64,000 nucleotides of DNA from Hyaloraphidium curvatum SAG 235-1 (Eukaryota; Fungi; Monoblepharomycota), in assembly GCA_025558095.1 (NCBI GenBank), contig JAIVFI010000009.1, positions 248,001 through 312,000 of the forward strand. Reading direction: 5' to 3'. The notes beneath the pieces were generated by a model. The model was not told where the DNA came from. It did no database searches and was given only the letters and a program-made list of their open reading frames with translations. This document shows positions 27,752 through 36,677 of this stretch, piece by piece (positions within the stretch are counted from its first letter, which is position 1; each line of letters opens with the position of its first letter). Position numbers and translations under genes: made by a program.

Positions 27752-29039
27752 ATGGCAGGGGCGGACGACAAAGCTACGCTGCTGGCAAAGAAGCTCCACC
27801 ATTTCCGAAAGCTGCTCCGACGAGCGGCAAAGAAGGCTAGGACATTCGAGGCCGCCAAGCTTGTGAAGAAGTGCAAGGCGCTTCGGAAGGACCACGGAGC
27901 CGCTGTGGCCCCCGGAAAGCCTGCTGGCACCGATGGCGAAACTCAGCGCGAGATTGCTGCTCTGGAACGGGACATGAGGGTCGTCAAGACCCTGAACGTG
28001 GACGACATTGGGGACCAGGCCCTGCACTCGGCCATCCTCGGGGGCAGACTGGAGGACAGCGATCTGGTGCGGAAAGCCATGGATCTAGAGTCGCTGCATG
28101 CGAAGGATTTTGCCGCTGGAGACGTCGAGCGGCTAGCCAAGAGGGTCCGCGGCAACGGAGCCTTTGTGAGGACGCTGAAGCAGACTCTGGCTGACCTGGA
28201 AGAGATCGTGGAGGCCGTTGCAGAGGGGAAACAAAAGAAGAAGAAACGCGCGGAGTCTGGCAACTCAAAAAAGCAGCCCGGAGGCGCGAAAGAGCCACTG
28301 ATCGCAGGAGCTGGCGCCAACGGCGCAGGTTCCAGGTCCAAGCGGCCCAATACAGGCACATTGTCTGGCCATGGACTTGAAGTGGGCGCTGAGGATGGGA
28401 CGGATGCCTTTAGCGTTGCCGACGATGACATGGGGGGCTCTGAAAGCTCGGACGACAGCAATAGCGTTCTTTTCTCCTCGGACTACGACAATGAGCCGCC
28501 GTTCGAAGAGGATTCCGCAGAGGACGACGAACCTGCATCGAGGACGACCAGCGGTCGGGAACCCGGAAAGGCAAGAGGAGGCAAAGCAAAGGTGTTTGAT
28601 GCCGAGAAGCCGCGGAACCGAATGGGACAGCGGGCAAGGCGACTGTAGGTGCCCATCGTGCCTATTGGATGCCCCATGTTCCTGACAGCATTCTCAAAGG
28701 AAATGGGAGAAGGAGTTTGGACGGGCGGCCAATCACCTGAAGGCAGGGCGAGGGCGAGGGAGAACGTCGTCGGGCGGCGTCGCAAAGGCAGGCAGCCGAA
28801 TCTCGGGGCGCGATCTTGCACCTGCCTTGCAACGTGCCAAAGTGGCGCCTCGAGGCGCGAAAGAACGCCGCGATCGGGTCCCGGATCCGAAACCTGCTGT
28901 GGATGCCAGGGCGAACGGATCGGAGACCCATGCACCGCAAAAGGAGCAAGGGCTCCATGCCTCGTGGGAAGCGAAGCTAAGGCAGAAGCAGAAAATGCTC
29001 GCCGCGGCTCCGCAGGGCAAAAAGATCGTGTTTGAGTGA
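27752..29039 (+). CDS. BUD22: BUD22/SRFBP1 ribosome biogenesis protein
   Basis: AAKKARTFEAAKLVK, KPRNRMGQRARR, LHASWEAK, QGKKIVFE C-terminus. Confidence 0.92.
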
Positions 29040-30487
29040 TCGTTATGCACGATCGGGTAGGAGAATCGAGTCCAATTGGAGCTCTTGATATGCAGGACAG
29101 CGACGACTTGCTTGGTCTTGGCTGTGATCGGTAGGCTGCACGGGATTCACGGGTTCACTGTTGCGGGATCGAACACCTGGACGACGAAAGGACGTCAACG
29201 CCAAGAAGCAAGAGCATGCGGAAGCTCGACCCGATACATTTATCTTCACATCCGGCTGTGCACTTCTACGGCGGGCTGCGGCAGACGTGTGCGGCATCCG
29301 TTGCCGCGTCTACTTTGCCCAAGTCCACCTCCGCGACCTCTGACGCCTCCGACCCTCTCCGAAGCGAGATCTAGAACTTCAGCTCGCGCGGCCGCGCACG
29401 TCTAGGGGTCGCAAAGTCAGCTCCGAGGTCCTCCGAACGACGAGCAAAACACTGAAGCAGACCTAGAACTTGAGCGTTAGACCTAACACACTGCTGGAGT
29501 AGCGTCGCGTTGGCCGAGGTGCGAGGATCGGAGAAAGAAGTTTACGTAAGCCAACGGCCGAGGAACACTTGCGTTCACGACCAACGTCCAACACGAATCC
29601 CGGAGATAGCAGCTGCATTGCTCTGGCACAGCTTCATGAAATCAAGAAATCGTCCAGCGAGGGCGAGGAATCGATGGAGACTCTGGCAAGGCCTCCCAAG
29701 GTCGCCGACGAAAGAGTCGGCGAGCCCCGTAATCAGGTCTCCACATGCGAGTCCAGGAGGACCGGCAGGTCCGAGAAATCTCAGAGGATTCTAATGTAGA
29801 AGGATGGAAAGCACTCAGAGACCCATTGGAGTTCCGTGCCGAGGGTGAGAGAGTCGTGAACTGATGTTCCTGCTTCACCGGAACCGCCCGCAATTCCCCC
29901 CGTCGCCAGCCCATGCGGGTTCGGAGCTCCTAAAGCGATGCTCGGCAGTCCATGTTCCATGGCAGGTAGCGGGCCGGACCCAGTTTCGGGGTTTCGGATC
30001 GGATCCTTGGGCAACGTCACCGATCGCTCCCAGCACCGGCATCGCGGCCCGGCGCCCGCAAGGCGTTGTTTCGCGACGTGCGCAACTGAATGGAACGGGC
30101 TTTGGCAGCGGAGACGCGGAGTGATGGCTAGAAGGCAGGGACGCTGCTGGAGGGTGTTCGCGGGGAGGGTGATGGCAGGGCGCCCACCTCCAAGTTGACT
30201 TGTCGAACAGGTGCGTAGCCCCGTCGCGCCGGGCTCGCCGCCCCGGATTGGCGTTCGGAATGGCCTCGGACGCGCTGTCCCGGGCTCGGTTTCGGTGCTC
30301 CGCTTGCGCGCTGCGGAGAGATCCGCCTCGGACTGCCCGCGGCTCGGGTGCCTTTCCCCTCCCCCCCACGCAACGCCGACCGCCTGTTCCGCTTCCTCCG
30401 TTGTACAGGCCATTTTGTTCGTCGATTTACCGCCACGAGCAGGCACAAGGAGGCGCCAGAGCCGGTCGAGACCGCAGCGGGACCGCA

Positions 30488-33159
30488 ATGGCGGGCGACG
30501 GCGCGAGGCAGGGCAAGAGGGCCGCCCAAGACCACGATGGCGCCTCTGAGGTCTGGATCAGCCTTCATGCATGCATTTTATTGCCGCGTAATGCCTCGCA
30601 TTCCCGCAGGGTGTCAAGCGCCACAAGCCCGTCGAGGTCATCAACCTGTGCTCGGACGACCCGGAAGCAGACGTGAAGCAAGCCCCCCCGCGCACCGCCC
30701 TGAGCGAGAGGCAGGTTCCCAAGAACCTCGGGAAGTCGGCGCAGAAGAAGGCTCTCGGAGTCTCGGCCTCGGTGCGTGCATTGACCGCGCATGCACGGGA
30801 CGCATGACGCGCTGACACCCGACCTTCTATTTGCTAGCCTCCTCCTTCTCCCAAGCCCGCTCCGCTGCCGCGGTTCAAGAAGACGTCCAAGGCGTCCGAG
30901 CCCGAGGATTTACCTGCGGACGTCGACATGGCCGACCCGGCCGATCTGCCCGAGCTCGAGGACCCGGAGAACCTGGCCCCGGCCGTCGTCCTCGAGGTTG
31001 TCGATGAACCCAAGGAGTACGTGCCCATCAAGAAGGATCACCTGATCCCCGAGGTAGGGGTCGCATTGCATGCGACGCCGTTGCGCTGCGCGACTTAGCT
31101 CTTGGCGTTCCCAGGTTCCCAACGCCGATCTGCAGGGCGTCTCGCGTTCCCTCGTCGAGGACGTCTACCGCATCATTCTTGCAAGGACGCAGCAGCCGCT
31201 GATCAAGGCTAAGAAGAACCAGAACGTCGTCATGACGTACCTCGCGAACCAAGGTCCCGAGGTGTTGCAGAAGGCCGGTACCGAGCCTCCGGTTGCGTGT
31301 CGAGCCCCTTTGTGCTGACCGTACTCTCCTCGCCAGATCAAGGACGCCGGACGGCCCGATTCCACCTTCCTCAAGCTGGACACGAACCTGGACCAGTGCG
31401 GCCCGGCCACCTATGTCATGGAGACCATCGACAAGCTCGAAAACCACCTCACGACAATCGAGCTCATGGACCCGGTGACCAAGAAGAATCCGTACTTCAA
31501 GTCGCTGCACAAGCAGACCAAGGCTCAGGTGGCCAAGAACCCGCCCGGCACGAAGGCGGCAAAGAACTACGGCGGCAAAGTGGGTCGATCTCGAGCTCAC
31601 GCTTGCGCCTCTCTGCTTAAGCGCAGATCACTAGTTCGCCAAGAGCAAGGCGCCCGTCAAGAACCGAGTCAAGGGCGAGCACATCGACTACCCCAACAAG
31701 TCCAAGTCCGGCACTGCCCTCAACTGGTCATTCCAGCAGGCTCTCAAGTTGCAGGGCAAGACCCCGACCCGCATGGGCTTGCTCTTCAAGAGCGACATCA
31801 TCCACAAGACCACCAGCATGCTCGTCGCCGCCGCCTCCGCTGACGCCCCCATGAACCTCCTGTTCTCCCACGCTATCGACATCGGCGAGGCTCTGACGAT
31901 GGATCTGGCGACTTGCATGCTTAAGGGCGACGTCGGCCTCAACGCTCAGGTCGGCGGCCCCATCTTCGGGACGTCTTGGGACCTCCTCGTCAAGGAGGCC
32001 GTCCTCCGGATCGACATTCCCAACCCGACCCTCGAGCAGCAGCGCGAGGCTTTCAAGGAGATGAAGGCCTACGAGACCGCCGGGCAGCACCCCATCATCG
32101 TCGTGAGTTGGCTCGTAGCCGAGTTTGCAGCGGACGTTTGACTAGCCTCGCACACCTCGCACGCAGACCATCCTCCAGAACCGGAGTACGGCGACGACTA
32201 CGAGGACGTCACCGTGGCTGAGCTGCACGCGCGCATCAGCGCCCACGGCTGTGGGCTTTCTTTGTCGCTCTGTGCACGACCTCTGTCTCTGATTGCGTTC
32301 CTTCTGCAGCCCGCATCTCCAATACGCCCGGACAAGTGCTTCGTGGGAAACGCAAGGGAGAACCGCGCCTGCCTGCCAAAGAACGAGGTTGGTTCTCAAC
32401 CTGTCACCTGCCGTTCGGATTCTCACACCCTGGCCTGGCAGGCAAGCTGAGTCTGGAGCCCGGCACGGTGCTCCGCAACAAGCACGGAAATCAGGGCAAG
32501 CAACGCCTGTCCATGTCTGAGCGCGGTTTGTATCGCACAATCGAATATGGCTCACATTCCAACGTTGCTGACGTCGGCTTCGCAGGCAAGCTCGGCCACG
32601 TGCCCGGGATCGTGACGAACCACAAGAACGGAAGGCATGGCGAGGTCAGAATGACGAGGCAGGAGATCGGTGGGTCGGACTGGGGTGCCGCGGCCGTTCT
32701 GGAGCTGATGGTGGTGCACGCAGGCCGCGACAAGCTCCGCAAGCTGGACAAGGGTCGGCAGGGCACCAAGTCCGGCACCGAGGTCACCTACTACTTCTCC
32801 GCCACGGACGGGTACGGCACCTTCGAGGCGAGGGAAGCGCTGCGCGTCGCACCCAAGGATGGCCACAATATCGAGAGCCACCCGGGCAACATCACGTTCT
32901 CGGAGAAGGGCGTCAAGGGCGGCTCGCTCCACAACGCCCGCCGGTTGCTGCCCGCCTTCGGTGACTACCTGATCGTCGATGATAAGATGTACGAGTGGGA
33001 CGCGGATGTCGAGAAGAAGGTCAGAGGAGGCACCAGCAAGGGTTTCTACGTAGAGTACAAGACGATCAAGCCGGAGCGGTGCGCATCGCGGTTCTGGCTT
33101 GCTGCTTCGTGCGTTGACTTTGTTGAATCCGCAGCCTGCATCGCTACCTCAAGCCCTAA
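30488..33159 (+). CDS. orphan multi-exon protein with putative divergent GIY-YIG nuclease domain and basic exon-encoded repeats
   Basis: Strong GC3 codon bias across about 11 exons with GT/GC-AG introns; ordered motifs ATY..., YGGK...NRVKGEH..., GEAL...GLNAQVGG; exon model partly inferred. Confidence 0.7.
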
Positions 33160-33358
33160 GCTTCTGCATCATCACCACTCTCTCGTACTACTTCGTCACC
33201 ACTCTCACGACACTCTCACCTCTATGGCACGGTTCGGATTACGTCAAGTAGATCGCTATGGCTCTGATGGATTTGCTGGCTTTATGTCTGTGTACTCGAT
33301 TGTGACTACGGCGCGCATTATACGTGTGATGATCTTTGCTTCGCACAAACTCGTTATA

Positions 33359-33388
33359 CTAGTGCTGGCGCTAGAAAGATTTCGACAT
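33359..33388 (+). repeat. left 30-bp inverted repeat
   Basis: Exact reverse complement of 34011-34040. Confidence 0.97.
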
Positions 33389-33433
33389 AGACTATCTACG
33401 CGTTCGGCCACGACCCCAGATTTTCGAACGATA

Positions 33434-33997
33434 ATGGCAACCAAGGAGGAGCGCGTAATGATTGACGCGGGCACCGACAAGCAAGTTGTGTTCCCTTTGC
33501 TCCCGCTGTGCGAGGTGGAAGGTGTATTCGTGGCCACTGCGGCCCTCTTTCGCGAAGTGGGGGTCCGCACATTCGGCGACCTTCTGGCGCGCATCGATCA
33601 TGTCGAACGTGACATTGGAGAGGCCCTCGATAGGCGGCGCGAGCTGGGAGGTCCTGGGGGCCAGGTACATTGGGCCCGCGCGGCAATCCTGGTCGCGCGC
33701 CTGGTCCGCAGAGCTCGTGCCGCCCATCGTGTCGTCTTGGACGCCTTCCGGTGCCTTACGTGCCAGCGCGAAATGTGCGACCCCGTAGTCTTGCGCGACG
33801 GGAGATCGTGCTGCCGGGACTGTGCGGACGATGCTGTGGCTCCAAACCTTGCACTCGCGGCGGCCATTGTGGAAGTGCGCGAGAGCCCGTACGCGCGCTA
33901 CCTTATGCCCCAGGACCTGCCCGACTTGCCGGACGCGGACGTGGCACTGGAGGGCTATAGACGACACAGCCGGACGATGGCGATCGGTGTTAAATAG
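33434..33997 (+). CDS. intronless 187-aa protein with degenerate RING/U-box-like zinc finger
   Basis: FRCLTCQREMCDPVVLRDGRSCCRDC...PNLALAAAI; fills the space between the inverted repeats. Confidence 0.7.
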   Translation: MATKEERVMIDAGTDKQVVFPLLPLCEVEGVFVATAALFREVGVRTFGDLLARIDHVERDIGEALDRRRELGGPGGQVHWARAAILVARLVRRARAAHRVVLDAFRCLTCQREMCDPVVLRDGRSCCRDCADDAVAPNLALAAAIVEVRESPYARYLMPQDLPDLPDADVALEGYRRHSRTMAIGVK

Positions 33998-34010
33998 AAA
34001 AAAATCGCAC

Positions 34011-34040
34011 ATGTCGAAATCTTTCTAGCGCCAGCACTAG
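34011..34040 (-). repeat. right 30-bp inverted repeat
   Basis: Exact reverse complement of 33359-33388. Confidence 0.97.
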
Positions 34041-34427
34041 ATTCCGTCTTCCAAAGGTTTGCTACCGAAAATCACCTGCCCACTCCTCGGTTTTTTGACC
34101 TCCCAACTTTTTCGGCCCTCCCGCCCGGTGTCAGGTCAGTTTCGCCAGCATTCGCCCGGCGCCGCGTTGTAGATCCGTCGATGACGGCGCTGGGCCGTGA
34201 TTGGGGCCCATTGGGCATCGTTGGCCTCTCTTTGCCGACCCGCCTGCTGGGGGGTTCCAGGAAGCCATTGCACGGTGGCTGGCCGTCGGAGGGCTATTCG
34301 GGCGTACTCGGGCGCTCAAGAGTGCGATTTGGCGCTGGAGCCTTGCGGCCGATGTGCGGTGCCGGCCTCGTGCAGCCTTCCTGACGCGTGCGCCTTTTTC
34401 TTCCCGCCCGCGACGCAGGCCCCCGCC

Positions 34428-35115
34428 ATGTCCGACGACGAGCAGCATGACCACCAGTTCGAGGGCGTCTCCTCGGGAGCGTCGACGACCTACCCGATGC
34501 AGTGCTCTGCCCTGCGGAAGAACGGTCACGTCATGCTGAAGGGCCGCCCCTGCAAGATCGTGGACATGTCGACCTCCAAGACCGGCAAGCACGGCCACGC
34601 CAAGGTTCACCTCGTCGGAATTGACGTCGGTCCTTTTCCTTTGGACAAAATGTGATATCCGCTAACCGAATGCCTTTGCTCCGGCGCGCTGCGTTACAGA
34701 TCTTCACCGGCAAGAAGTACGAGGATCTGTCCCCCTCTACCCACAACATGGACGTGCCCAACGTTGCCCGCAACGAGTACCAGCTCCTTGACATCGACGA
34801 GGGCTTCCTGTCCCTCATGCTTCCCGACGGGAGCACCAAGGACGATGTCAAGCTCCCCGAGGGCGAGTTGGGCGACAAGCTGAAGGCCGACTTCCAGGAC
34901 GGCAAGGATCTTGTTGTCACCATCCTGACCGCCGTCGGCGAGGAGGCTGCCATCTCGTACAGTGGGTTGGAACTCGTTCCTTACTCGGCCGCGCGCTTAC
35001 CGACCCGCTCCCGCTTTCCCATTTGCTCAGAGGATGGCCCCAAGTGTAAGTTAAGCTCGCCATACGCTGTGCCATGTCGATGCTCATCGTCTACATTCCT
35101 TCTGCAGCCGGGTAA
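34428..35115 (+). CDS. HYP2: translation factor eIF5A
   Basis: [41 protein letters not shown] hypusine motif. Confidence 0.98.
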
Positions 35116-35320
35116 AGGACCCTTTCGTCTCTGTGATCCGATCTCTCCTGTCGGCTATGCATCCTGGAAAAACGTTCTTAACCTACGAGCTAGACATTGT
35201 ACGGTGTTGCCACGAAGGGTGGCCTGGATCGCGAAGAGATCGGGTCGCTCGCCTCTGTGCGGTTCTTCTCCGATCAGTGCTCCCGCAGTCCCGCAATCAT
35301 CTCTGGGCAGTTCTGGACGG

Positions 35321-36644
35321 ATGCCGGGCCAGCTGACGTTCGCCCCCAATGAGAACATACTTTGTTTCCATGGAGCCTTGATATACGAAGCCAAGGCGCG
35401 TCTGACTCCGTGGGGCGCACCGCGCCGCGTCTGACGCGGATCACTCTAGGTCCTGAAGGCGGAGTACTGGGAAGGCGCGACGCCCGAAGAAAGCGGCCCG
35501 CATTACTTTGTTCACTACAAGGGCTGGAAGGCGACGTGAGATTCCCGACTTTGGGCCGGATCTCGGGATTTCAGCTCGGACCGCTGGCAGATGGGACGAA
35601 TGGGTCCCTGAGGAACGTGCCCTGAAGCTCAACGACGAGAATCTCAAGCGGCAGAAGGAGCTCGTCAGTCTGGCCAAGACGCAGGGTCAGCCCAAGAAGA
35701 AGGGCGCCGCCGCACCGGGTGGGAAGGACGAGAAGGGTCCCGGCGGCGATGCCGCCGCGCAGGGCAAGGGGGCGGGTTCCAATAAGCGGAAGAGGGAGAC
35801 CACGGTTGAAAAGGTGGGGAAGAGCGCATTTGGGATCCGTCTGTCATGCGACCTACAGCGGTTCCGTTGCGTTTCAGGAGGAGGAGTTCCTGAAGAAGGC
35901 AGAGGTGAAGCTGGCATTCCCCGACGTCCTGAAGGTCCAGCTGGTCGATGATTGGGAGTGGATAACGAAGCAGCAAAAGGTGCTTTGGAGGATGGGTTTC
36001 GTGCGGACTGGGCTCACCCGTCCACATGTTAGCTCGTCAAGGTGCCACGCGAGCCGAACGTGGATCGGATTCTCGAGCTGTACAAGGAGTCTCGGGCAGG
36101 GAAGAAGGCCCCGGTAAAGGACGTCCCGCGCTCAGACGAGGTGCTAGAGGAGGTCGTCAACGGAATCAAGGTCTACTTTGAGAAAGCCGTGGGGAACATT
36201 CTCCTGTACAGATTCGAGCGACCGCAGTACCAGGATCTCGTTCGGTTGGAGACCGCGACTTCGATGACCCAGGTCTACGGGGCGGAGCACCTTTTGCGCC
36301 TTTTTGGTAGGCTGATAGCCCTGGCGTTCGCGGTGCGGATGCCGACGGAAGCCACGCAGTGCAATTCCCGAGCTTGATCGCGCATACGAACATGGATTCG
36401 GACGCAGTCAACTTGCTTCGGGAGTATTTCACGGACTTTCTGAAGTGAGGGTGTCCCGGCTTAAGGGTTCAGGGTTCGGCGGACTGACGGCAAACGCTGC
36501 TGCAGGTTCTTGGCAAAGAACAAGAAGGAGTTTTTCCTTAGCGAGTACGGTGGGTCTGTCGAGCTCTCCTTTGCACGGGCAGCCACTGATGGTCGGTTTC
36601 CAGACAACGCCTCGCCGGCCTATGTTGCGTCTGCTCGCGCATGA
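35321..36644 (+). CDS. EAF3: EAF3/MRG15 chromodomain-MRG protein
   Basis: ILCFHGALIYEAK, YFVHYKGWK..WDEWVPE, LVDDWEWITK, ILLYRFERPQY, YGAEHLLRLF. Confidence 0.96.
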
Positions 36645-36677
36645 GTCCAATACCCGCGGAATACCCAGCTCAACCGC

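Larger units (their letters stand above)
33359..34040. mobile_element. 682-bp element bounded by perfect 30-bp terminal inverted repeats (MITE-like, carrying a gene)
   Basis: 33359-33388 CTAGTGCTGGCGCTAGAAAGATTTCGACAT is the exact reverse complement of 34011-34040. Confidence 0.75.

Noticed and set aside
30770-32190. Apparent frameshifts making the nuclease-like gene a pseudogene
   Set aside because: Alternative splice sites (AAG acceptor ~30856, GTTGG donor ~32107) restore a continuous frame. RNA data are needed, but a pseudogene call is not supported.
32336-33997. 553-aa ORF as a single intronless gene
   Set aside because: It spans in-frame introns, a low-GC 3' UTR-like stretch and an inverted repeat. 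It is better modelled as two genes, with read-through kept only as a hypothesis.
34011-34040. Helitron 3' end (hairpin plus CTAG)
   Set aside because: The motif belongs to a paired terminal inverted repeat, is followed by A rather than T, and no RepHel gene is present.
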